A stretch of 57,749 bases of DNA from a virus, in IMG/VR virus record IMGVR_UViG_3300045988_122638. One strand, given 5' to 3'. Position numbers and translations under genes: made by a program. The notes beneath the pieces were generated by a model. It was not told the DNA's origin. It worked only from the letters and a program-made list of their open reading frames with translations, and did not search any database. Numbering within the stretch: the stretch's first letter is position 1; each line of letters opens with the position of its first letter. Positions 17,435-24,414 of this stretch are shown here, piece after piece.

Positions 17435-17633
17435 AAAAGTGGGTATTTGACCACAAGTCCTTACAAACCGCATAGGTAAGCCATTTTTACGTGGTCATTT
17501 TTGTTTAAAAAGTGGGCTAAAAGTGGGCATTTGGCCATTTTTATTGCCGTTTTCAACTTGAAAATATACAACAAATCTATTGATGATTAACGTATTTTTT
17601 TATAAAAGTGGGCATTTGGTCATTTTTATAAAA
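17435..17633. repeat. Iteron-like direct repeats AAAGTGGGCATTTGGYCATTTTTAT; candidate origin or operator array
   Basis: Full copies at 17519-17545 and 17605-17631. Degenerate copy at 17435-17454. Half-sites at 17480-17503 and 17507-17520. All lie in a 345-bp AT-rich intergenic region. Confidence 0.7.
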
Positions 17634-17662
17634 TATAAATGTCCAAAAAATTTCAAATACAC

Positions 17663-17848
17663 CTATTGCTTTTTTCGTTCCATTGGACACCATTCTCGAC
17701 ATTGCGGATATGAGTCTTCAATGCATTTATTACAAATTATACTATGTCGCCCTTTATCGGGAATATCTTCTTCGAATTCTTTGATGATAGTTGTCCAGTT
17801 TCCATCCTCTTTACGAACAGGACACGACATTTTAGATTTTACTTTCAT
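17663..17848 (-). CDS. Small Cys-rich protein
   Basis: 61 aa with its own sigmaA-type promoter. Contains CP...CNKC...C..WC. Confidence 0.6.
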   Translation of the reverse strand: MKVKSKMSCPVRKEDGNWTTIIKEFEEDIPDKGRHSIICNKCIEDSYPQCREWCPMERKKQ

Positions 17849-17870
17849 CGTTTTTCACTCCTTTTTGTAT

Positions 17871-17899
17871 ATTATATCATACTTTAGCTGAAAAGTAAA
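17871..17899 (-). promoter_or_regulatory. SigmaA-type promoter (TTTACT-17-TATAAT)
   Basis: Minus strand: TTTACTtttcagctaaagtatgaTATAAT, upstream of ATG 17848. Confidence 0.55.
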
Positions 17900-17922
17900 A
17901 GGCCATGTTTATGACCTCTTAC
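17888..17922 (-). terminator. Rho-independent terminator, second conserved family, copy 1
   Basis: Minus strand: GTAAGAGG-tcataaacatgg-CCTTTTAC followed by TTTT. Similar to the copy at 38183-38215. Confidence 0.6.
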
Positions 17923-17935
17923 CCTTAGGAACTGA

Positions 17936-18133
17936 CTACGATATTGATATTAATATTCTATAGCGTTCGTTCAGCTTTTCGAATAAATCGTCGTCCACTG
18001 CTATACTGATATGAAATTCAATTCTCCCTTTACTGTTCATAACAGTTTCTACGAATCCTTGAATTTTTTTAGCATACAACATTCTTAGACATAATCCAAG
18101 TTGCTTATTATTTACCGCTAAAAAATACTTCAT
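17936..18133 (-). CDS. Hypothetical protein
   Basis: 65-aa ORF immediately downstream of motif copy 2 and a GGAAGGAG RBS. Confidence 0.6.
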   Translation of the reverse strand: MKYFLAVNNKQLGLCLRMLYAKKIQGFVETVMNSKGRIEFHISIAVDDDLFEKLNERYRILISIS

Positions 18134-18148
18134 AATATCACACTCCTT

Positions 18149-18174
18149 CCATAAAGGAAAATGAAAATTTTGCG
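18149..18174 (-). promoter_or_regulatory. Conserved 26-nt promoter-like motif, copy 2
   Basis: Minus strand: CGCAAAATTTTCATTTTCCTTTATGG. Its 3' end runs into the RBS GGAAGGAG. Confidence 0.55.
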
Positions 18175-18204
18175 AATATCGTAATTCTTTTAATAATATA
18201 ACCT

Positions 18205-18390
18205 TTATACAGACAATATGTATTTCACATTTTCGCGTGGAATGATTGCTAATGTTCTAAAAGAGTTATCTTTTTTAACCTCTTTGCAGACAATATAATT
18301 CGGATCAGCATAGTCAATTTCATTACAATTCTCATCAAAATCGAATCTAATTCCATCTTTCAAATATACTTCAAAATATCCTATCTCCAT
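18205..18390 (-). CDS. Hypothetical protein
   Basis: 61-aa ORF overlapping the upstream ORF. Confidence 0.55.
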   Translation of the reverse strand: MEIGYFEVYLKDGIRFDFDENCNEIDYADPNYIVCKEVKKDNSFRTLAIIPRENVKYILSV

Positions 18391-18590
18391 GTTTTACCCG
18401 TCCTCCTATCTGTTAAAATTATTCTTTCTTCAATTTCAAAATCTGCTAATTTGCAAATATAAAAAATCGTATGCAATAATTTATGAAACCGTTCGTCCTC
18501 ATCTTCTATATTTTTTAAAGCCTTATATGCTGTGGGATCATTGCAGCCTGATGCATTTTCTCTTAACAATTTCTCTTTATTGATCTCCAT
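18381..18590 (-). CDS. Hypothetical protein
   Basis: 69-aa ORF in a chain of overlapping ORFs. Confidence 0.55.
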   Translation of the reverse strand: MEINKEKLLRENASGCNDPTAYKALKNIEDEDERFHKLLHTIFYICKLADFEIEERIILTDRRTGKTWR

Positions 18591-18789
18591 GCTCTATCTC
18601 CTTTTCGGCATATTTATTAACAATATTTTTCAGGCTACTATTATCCGAAGATTTTTTAGATGACTCTAGGAATTTTCCATAAGCTTTTACTTGCGTACAA
18701 GTTTCTATACACTTTGCAATCCTGTCAATCAATATGTATATACACAGGAATGCAATTCCAACTAAAATTATTACTTTTGAAAATATCAT
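18577..18789 (-). CDS. Small membrane protein
   Basis: 70 aa. N-terminal TM helix IILVGIAFLCIYILI. Confidence 0.55.
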   Translation of the reverse strand: MIFSKVIILVGIAFLCIYILIDRIAKCIETCTQVKAYGKFLESSKKSSDNSSLKNIVNKYAEKEIEHGDQ

Positions 18790-18992
18790 TCCGCTTTACC
18801 TCCTCTGATATTTACAACGCCTGTGCATCCATCAGCCAATATAACTTTGGCATCTGACGGGAAGCATTTTAAGACTTTACTAATCTCCGCCGCACAAAGC
18901 GGTCGTCTTAACCCATCGTCATTATACGTTCTTAATTCCACTGTGTTTGAAATCTGCGAATATACAATATCCACTATATTTTTTCTAATCAT
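18786..18992 (-). CDS. Hypothetical protein
   Basis: 68-aa ORF coupled to the upstream stop. Confidence 0.55.
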   Translation of the reverse strand: MIRKNIVDIVYSQISNTVELRTYNDDGLRRPLCAAEISKVLKCFPSDAKVILADGCTGVVNIRGGKAE

Positions 18993-19461
18993 TATCTTTC
19001 ATCCCTTTCACTTTGTTCTGTAATTAATTCTGAATATGGTAATTTCTTTATCCAATCACAAAATATAACCCACTCATCGAGTTTGTGGTTACGACGAGAC
19101 TTATAAATATTTGCCAAGACTTCATAGTTCAGCATGACCGTCCGTCTCTGATTATAAGAGCTCGGCAAGAGCTGGATTATCTGCCACCAATATAATTTGT
19201 CTTTGGTTTCGAGATACTTTTCGCGATAACGATTTAACCCCACAATAGTGCTTAACAAATGCGTCATTGGTGTCCATTGAGGTTTTCCATCGCAAGTGGG
19301 AGCGCAAGCTAAAGCCGAATAAAGTTCGAGTTGCGTCGGAGAAGATTGTAAAAGATGCTCACAGCTGAAATCGTCGAGTTCAAACTCCTTATCCGCAATC
19401 TTATGCATTGTCGAACAAGAGTTTGCGACAGTACCTACTTTATACGTATCAAATTCTTTCC
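18992..19461 (-). CDS. ThyX-like (Thy1-superfamily) protein, exon 2
   Basis: The reading frame is open upstream of the track ATG back to nt 19461 (..GG AAA GAA TTT GAT.. = (W)KEFDTYKVGTVANSCSTMHK). The C-terminus MLNYEVLANIYKSRRNHKLDEW resembles ThyX. Confidence 0.6.
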
Positions 19462-19615
19462 CATTAATGGACTATCTTTTACCATGATATTTATCATAGG
19501 ACACCATTTCGGTTTTCATGGGCTTCGTTTCCTAAAACCCAGCTACGTATCAATAGCAGCCCTACTCCCCCGCCCGGAAGGCATAGGGGATAGCCTCTAC
19601 AGGTTCATTTCGAAA

Positions 19616-19647
19616 TAAATAAAAAGAAAGAGCCCTTGTTAGGACTC
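19616..19647 (-). terminator. Conserved cassette terminator, copy E
   Basis: Minus strand: GAGUCC-uaacaa-GGGCUC followed by UUUCUUUUU. The ORF stop TAA lies in the loop. Confidence 0.65.
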
Positions 19648-19851
19648 CCCTTCTGATTTTTTGTGATCCTTAATGCATTTAGCGACCCAGCACATGTTGG
19701 ATGCTATTACGCCAACTAAAGCACCAGCCATGATTCCTTTCGTCGTTCCTTGATGTAATGCCTCATCGTAGAACGCGGTAAGTGTATCACCATGTGTTTT
19801 TAGTAATTCGTTAATAGTATCAATTCGTTCTTTCGTCATTTTAAATTTCAT
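19639..19851 (-). CDS. Intron-embedded small membrane protein (70 aa); not a homing endonuclease
   Basis: AAAGGAG RBS. Translation MKFKMTKERIDTINELL... with hydrophobic GIMAGALVGVIASNMCWVA. The track ORF to 19950 includes intron core and promoter. Confidence 0.6.
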   Translation of the reverse strand: MKFKMTKERIDTINELLKTHGDTLTAFYDEALHQGTTKGIMAGALVGVIASNMCWVAKCIKDHKKSEGES

Positions 19852-19865
19852 AAATATCACTCCTT

Positions 19866-19891
19866 TCATAATAGGAGTTGTTTTTATCGCG
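19866..19891 (-). promoter_or_regulatory. Conserved 26-nt promoter-like motif, copy 4 (inside the intron)
   Basis: Minus strand: CGCGATAAAAACAACTCCTATTATGA, followed by AAGGAG and ATG 19851. Confidence 0.55.
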
Positions 19892-20002
19892 AATATATTT
19901 TCGAAATGTTTCCCACGGGATTCCAATGGGTGGTTCCCCGTTAGCCGCATAAGCGACCCCTAGCGATAACTAGGAAAAGTGTTTCATTGGCAGAAAGAAT
20001 CT

Positions 20003-20309
20003 ACCAATAAAGTGGTGCAGTAATATCAACATACACAGTAATCATCCGCATAAATTTACGATGGTCTGTACCGGCATTGCGAAGTTTCTTCATGAGGTCG
20101 AGGTCGTTAGGGCCAATGCATATACAGTTAGGTCTAACTGAAAATTCATTTTTACACCCAGCGCATCGATTTGAGTAATTTTTATCCGTTAGTTCCTTAA
20201 GAATAGTGCAACGATAGCTATCACTCTTCTCCCAAGAATTCATCGGATTGCGCATACCTCTAATTGCAGCCTCCCATCCCATTACTTCTACATTTTCAAT
20301 TTTGATCAT
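20003..20309 (-). CDS. ThyX-like (Thy1-superfamily) protein, exon 1
   Basis: 102 codons plus 1 nt. The apparent stop TAG (20003-20001) is created by the intron's 5' end (TGG T|AG). Confidence 0.6.
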
Positions 20310-20562
20310 TGTTTTCTCCTTTCAAATCAGCATTTTTCAAAACCTCGGCGATGCTTCCGAGCGGTTCGCGAAGTCCTATAAAATATCCGTATTCTATGAA
20401 ACGCTCTGTGTATAATATGAGGTCATCCATATCTGAACGGCTCAAATTTTTCACACCGCATACAGTAAAGCAAGACCTCTCATCCCAGTTATCAATTTTT
20501 CTTTCGAGCATTGCCAAGAATTTTCTTGCTTTATCTCTTCTTTCGTTACCCATTATTATCAC
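20296..20562 (-). CDS. Hypothetical protein
   Basis: 88-aa ORF overlapping both neighbours. Confidence 0.55.
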   Translation of the reverse strand: MIIMGNERRDKARKFLAMLERKIDNWDERSCFTVCGVKNLSRSDMDDLILYTERFIEYGYFIGLREPLGSIAEVLKNADLKGENNDQN

Positions 20563-20962
20563 TCCAAATCACTATCAATTCTGAATATAAATCACCTTCA
20601 ATGAGAAGCCGTGAGCCGTTTACGAGTGTCTCATCTCTGAACAGCTCTTTTGCGGCTTCAAGCTTGATGACCGAATATCTGAATGTCGGGTAAAAAGGGG
20701 TTCCGTTCTGCACCTTGATGGGCATTAAATTCTTATACGGCTGATTTTTTGTCACTTCAATAAATACAACACCCATATTGAATTTAGCCTGACATTCTTC
20801 ACATGGTTCATAGTCAATGACAGCATTTCTCGGTGCTCCCGCATCATCTTTAAGTTTGCCAAGAAGAGCAATTTCGTTCTTTTCTTCACCGCACCAACAG
20901 CAGATAGGAATACACGGATTTACCCCATGTTTGGGTGATAATTTGAGCTCTTTTTTACTCAT
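20546..20962 (-). CDS. Cys-rich (Zn-binding) protein
   Basis: 138 aa. CCWCG...CEEC. AAAGGAG RBS. Downstream of motif copy 3. Confidence 0.6.
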   Translation of the reverse strand: MSKKELKLSPKHGVNPCIPICCWCGEEKNEIALLGKLKDDAGAPRNAVIDYEPCEECQAKFNMGVVFIEVTKNQPYKNLMPIKVQNGTPFYPTFRYSVIKLEAAKELFRDETLVNGSRLLIEGDLYSELIVIWSDNNG

Positions 20963-21034
20963 AACTTTTTACTCCTTTCAAAATATAAAAAAGTTAAGAC
21001 CCGATGTTTCCACCGAGTCTTTCGTTTGGGTTTC

Positions 21035-21060
21035 CCATAAAGGAACCTGCATTTTTCGCG
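21035..21060 (-). promoter_or_regulatory. Conserved 26-nt promoter-like motif, copy 3
   Basis: Minus strand: CGCGAAAAATGCAGGTTCCTTTATGG, about 70 nt upstream of ATG 20962. Confidence 0.55.
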
Positions 21061-21121
21061 TAGGTAAAAAAATGCCCCGAACTGCTTTATACACAATTCG
21101 GAGCATTCGTTTGCAAAAGTA

Positions 21122-21280
21122 TCACTCATCGACAATTTCAAAATTATCGGGAGGATATAAATAATCTTCACCACTATCATCTATCAACCTGTACCAACCT
21201 CTTTCAACAGCAAGAACTGCATAGATTTTATTGTGAGTAAGCACAAGTTAATCTGTTTTTCCTTTCCAACGGACTTTCAT
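21122..21280 (-). pseudogene. Small SH3-like protein ORF interrupted by an in-frame TAA (codon 11)
   Basis: ATG 21280 has a GGTGG RBS. Reading is MKVRWKGKTD-TAA-LVLTHNKIYAVLAVERGWYRLIDDSGEDYLYPPDNFEIVDE, all in one frame. The GTG at 21244 has no RBS. Confidence 0.4.
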
Positions 21281-21311
21281 GATTTAATACCACCAAGGCA
21301 TTTGTCTTTAT

Positions 21312-21521
21312 TCATGATATGATTTGAATCGATACAATATCATGTTCCGGAAATTCTACAGACTTTCCTATCAATGGACCATTCTCGCATCTGATAGCGA
21401 TGCTTTCTTCTTCCGGTTCGTTATCTTCCGGATAAAAATAATCCGTGACCTTACCTTCAAATGTTTCTCCGTTTTTTGAAACTATACGAACTTTTTTTTC
21501 ATAGTATTCATTTAATGACAT
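21312..21521 (-). CDS. Small beta-rich protein, unknown function
   Basis: 69-aa ORF coupled to the upstream gene. Confidence 0.55.
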   Translation of the reverse strand: MSLNEYYEKKVRIVSKNGETFEGKVTDYFYPEDNEPEEESIAIRCENGPLIGKSVEFPEHDIVSIQIIS

Positions 21522-21523
21522 AT

Positions 21524-22450
21524 TTAGTCCTCCAATCTTGGGTATATATGTGTTCCGGTTTTGGAATATATGATGATGGCTTTATTTGTCTTTGTTTCTT
21601 TTCCATTTACCGGATTAACGTGCGTTCCGATATTCTCATTATCGGTGACCATTTCTTTGTTTGTCCATTTTCCGTTTGAATCAAGTTTTGCTTCACCCGT
21701 TCCACTTAATTTGTCTACCAGTTTCTGAGCAAAATCCAAATCACCATTCAAATAACTTCTTCCCGGTTTATGAGCGTCAAACGCGTGACGAAGCTGTTTT
21801 TCACGATTGATTTTTGTAGAAACCTCACCTGATCTTATTGCATCTTCTACTATTGTATCATGTTTTTCAGCTTTGTCAAGCGGATAAGGCGGTCCGTTTT
21901 TCACGCCCCACTTCTGACCTTTTATGCCGTGATGTGCAAGTGTGGTTAATCCAAGTCGTTCGCGTAATTGTTCAAGAATATCCTCGACAGTTTTCCTTGT
22001 CTTGGGAGAAAGCTTTATGTAATCGGAATGTTCATCATACCAATTAAATATCTCACCAAGGTCACCCTTTTGCCAGCTGAATGACCACCAGTCGCATATC
22101 ATCTCGATAATATAATTATATGGCATATCAAGGATAATTTCGCCCTCGCTTGGGTCGTCGTTGATGAGCACCCAATACTGCCAATGATGAGGGTTTCGGT
22201 GAATGTGACGAAGCCATGCTCTTTTAAATTCTTCCATTACCTCATACGAACGATTGTTACCATAGAAATAGGTGTCATAAGCCAAGTATTCATCATCATT
22301 GTTCTTTGACGAATCGTGGTCAAATATGATCTGCCAGCTTGCATCGGGCTGTCCTGTCAGAACCGTCGGCAAATTTGTCAGAAGCCATTCAAAACCTCTT
22401 TTGACATTGTTTCGATGCTGCTGCAAATACTGGTCATATTCGTAACTCAT
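21524..22450 (-). CDS. Multidomain ('polyvalent'-type) protein: N-terminal His-rich domain, HHGIKGQKWGV motif, C-terminal nuclease-toxin-like domain
   Basis: 308 aa. HIHRNPHHWQYW in the N-terminal half, LAHHGIKGQKWGVKNGPPYPL in the middle, and a C-terminus ending IIIYSKTGTHIYPR. Domain names are from memory and uncertain. Confidence 0.5.
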   Translation of the reverse strand: MSYEYDQYLQQHRNNVKRGFEWLLTNLPTVLTGQPDASWQIIFDHDSSKNNDDEYLAYDTYFYGNNRSYEVMEEFKRAWLRHIHRNPHHWQYWVLINDDPSEGEIILDMPYNYIIEMICDWWSFSWQKGDLGEIFNWYDEHSDYIKLSPKTRKTVEDILEQLRERLGLTTLAHHGIKGQKWGVKNGPPYPLDKAEKHDTIVEDAIRSGEVSTKINREKQLRHAFDAHKPGRSYLNGDLDFAQKLVDKLSGTGEAKLDSNGKWTNKEMVTDNENIGTHVNPVNGKETKTNKAIIIYSKTGTHIYPRLED

Positions 22451-22707
22451 CGGACTGTACCTCCATTTCTCCGATATTTTTTATCAACAGTTTTATAACT
22501 CACCCAAGTATGATAACCACATATTTCACACAAATAACCTCGTTCGCCCTTACAGTTAATTGCCCAATCTCTTAACGGATTACCACAACACGGACATATA
22601 CCAATATTAAAAAATTTCTTTTCAATATATATACCTCTTAATGGCAAACTAATTATCGACAACATACCAGCTACTAATACGATATAACATACAATATTAT
22701 CATCCAT
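22447..22707 (-). CDS. Membrane-anchored Zn-ribbon protein
   Basis: 86 aa. TM segment CYIVLVAGMLSIISL, then CPCCGN...CEICGY. Confidence 0.55.
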   Translation of the reverse strand: MDDNIVCYIVLVAGMLSIISLPLRGIYIEKKFFNIGICPCCGNPLRDWAINCKGERGYLCEICGYHTWVSYKTVDKKYRRNGGTVR

Positions 22708-22927
22708 CTTGTTCTTCGTCCTTTCCTTCGTCCTTTCCTTTATTTAATTCTTTGACCGCATTGCTCTTTCGTGCGTTCGACATTATGTGCGATATCTCAC
22801 TCTCATTTTTTGCCTGTCTGATTTTTTTAACTATTTCATAAGGATATAATAGTTCCTTTGCTGCTCTTATGGCATACTTTTTATAATCGAAAAACGTTAC
22901 CGGAACTTTTTCTTTTTTTGCACCCAT
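22700..22927 (-). CDS. Hypothetical protein
   Basis: 75-aa ORF with an acidic/basic tail. Confidence 0.5.
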   Translation of the reverse strand: MGAKKEKVPVTFFDYKKYAIRAAKELLYPYEIVKKIRQAKNESEISHIMSNARKSNAVKELNKGKDEGKDEEQDG

Positions 22928-22933
22928 AACTTT

Positions 22934-23116
22934 CTACCTTTCTGCTATTCGTGCACCACAGTGTCTACAATATTTGTCGTATAAATTTATGTGTCCGCCA
23001 CAATTACCACAAGTTACTTCCACACACTCTTTTCGTCTCATCTTTCGATTTTCTATAGGATTTACAAATGCTATGATTGGTTTTATTCCTATCTTTCTGT
23101 TTTGCTTTGTTTTCAT
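22934..23116 (-). CDS. Small Zn-ribbon protein
   Basis: 60 aa. CGNCGG...CRHCG. Confidence 0.55.
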   Translation of the reverse strand: MKTKQNRKIGIKPIIAFVNPIENRKMRRKECVEVTCGNCGGHINLYDKYCRHCGARIAER

Positions 23117-23209
23117 AACTTCTCATCTCCATTAATAATTTATTTTCAATATATTATTTAAACACCTTTTACTCGTTCATACCATCGTTTATTCTTTGTT
23201 ATACTCTTT

Positions 23210-24256
23210 TCACTGCTCTTGTCGTTTCTTTGCCATCTCTTTACGTTCATCATATTCAGTTTTATCAATCTCATCAAAGCCTACTAGAGCATTTTTGAAA
23301 TAACGGTTAATCTCAATCCGACGTCCATGAGGATCAATGGCATACAGCAGACCCATAGTGTCAAAAGAACCATTCTTAGAATCCGTAAGAAAATCTTCTG
23401 TGTAAACCTTAAACGACTTATCAAACGGAATATAGGGCATTCTAATAGGATATAATTCATTCATAACACGATCAACCAGTCCACAATGATAGCTAGCATT
23501 GTGATTATCGTTGTTTATACAACAATATCGGTCCACATCGCTATAGGTAACAGTACCATCTTCCGCAACATACTTAAAAAAAGAGCTCATTCTTTTGCAC
23601 TGATACTGCTTTATACTACCATCGTCATCAAGAGTACACAGATTCCATGCATCTTCGGTATCTTCAATAGGCATAAGGGGCTTACGATCTATCATACGGT
23701 TTAGAATAGTCTTAGTAAAGCCGATACTCATACCAGAGTGTCCGTCCTTACAAAGACTTTTGAATGCCTTTAAAGCACTCTCGTAGCAGGCACAACCGTA
23801 ATCCCATTCACCATCTTTTCGTTCTGGCGCCTCATGCTTACACGCCAAAGCAACCTCATTCTCAGCCCATAATTCCATATTGGATTTTTCTCGAAATAAC
23901 TCTATCATTAGATTGCGGTCGTCTATGTACTCATTTGCAAATATCTTTCTGGAATCCCCGCCGAATGCTTCAATAATCTCTGGAAGATTCTCATTTACAG
24001 CATCGAAAGTCAAACCTTGTGCTTTGCACCACTCTACTGCCTGTCGCGTCTGATCTTCATTTCGACTAGTCCAAAGAATTAACTTGTCCCCATTAGACTG
24101 TCTCTTTTTCAGATATGCAATCAAATTCTTGTTCGGCTCGCCGATATCAGGATACTTATTCGTACATAAAGTCCCATCAAAGTCTACAGCAATAATATTC
24201 TTTTTTGTTTGTTTTATATCTCCGTTGTCTATACGCTCTGTAACATATTTACTCAT
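23210..24256 (-). CDS. HAD-superfamily phosphatase-like N-terminal domain plus unknown C-terminal domain
   Basis: IIAVDFDGTLC is the DxDGT HAD motif I, with LILWTSRNED further on. 348 aa. Confidence 0.55.
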   Translation of the reverse strand: MSKYVTERIDNGDIKQTKKNIIAVDFDGTLCTNKYPDIGEPNKNLIAYLKKRQSNGDKLILWTSRNEDQTRQAVEWCKAQGLTFDAVNENLPEIIEAFGGDSRKIFANEYIDDRNLMIELFREKSNMELWAENEVALACKHEAPERKDGEWDYGCACYESALKAFKSLCKDGHSGMSIGFTKTILNRMIDRKPLMPIEDTEDAWNLCTLDDDGSIKQYQCKRMSSFFKYVAEDGTVTYSDVDRYCCINNDNHNASYHCGLVDRVMNELYPIRMPYIPFDKSFKVYTEDFLTDSKNGSFDTMGLLYAIDPHGRRIEINRYFKNALVGFDEIDKTEYDERKEMAKKRQEQ

Positions 24257-24414
24257 CTTTTTTCTCCTTTTTTATAATTAATTGGCACGTGAGAATTTAA
24301 AACGTACGGTTGCTCTATACATTCATTACACGGTTCCTCACGTTCGTCTTTATTTTTATAAATACACGTTTTACAATAGTCGTTAAAATATACCTCTTGA
24401 TAGTCTACTTCCAT
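24253..24414 (-). CDS. Small Zn-ribbon protein (53 aa; below the track cutoff)
   Basis: ATG 24414 overlaps the helicase stop and its TGA overlaps ATG 24256 (ATGA). Translation MEVDYQEVYFNDYCKTCIYKNKDEREEPCNECIEQP... Confidence 0.5.
   Translation of the reverse strand: MEVDYQEVYFNDYCKTCIYKNKDEREEPCNECIEQPYVLNSHVPINYKKGEKR

Larger units (their letters stand above)
19462..20002 (-). mobile_element. Group I intron (td-like, IA-type) interrupting the ThyX-like gene
   Basis: 5' exon AUUGGU pairs with the intron guide GCCAAU, giving a U.G pair at the splice site. The intron ends in G. P4 is ACGGGG/UCCCGU, as in AACGGGGAACC...AAUCCCGUG. R-like GUAGAGGCUAUC and S-like AAAGAUAGUCC elements are present. 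Splicing restores ..APLYWWKEFDTYK.. Confidence 0.8.

Noticed and set aside
20959-21180. Track ORFs 20959..21180, 16903..17085, 27527..27712, 35742..35927, 41358..41744 and 47972..48157.
   Set aside because: They overlap better-supported genes out of frame, or they cover promoter and terminator elements (motif copy 3, the XRE divergent promoter region). They have no RBS.
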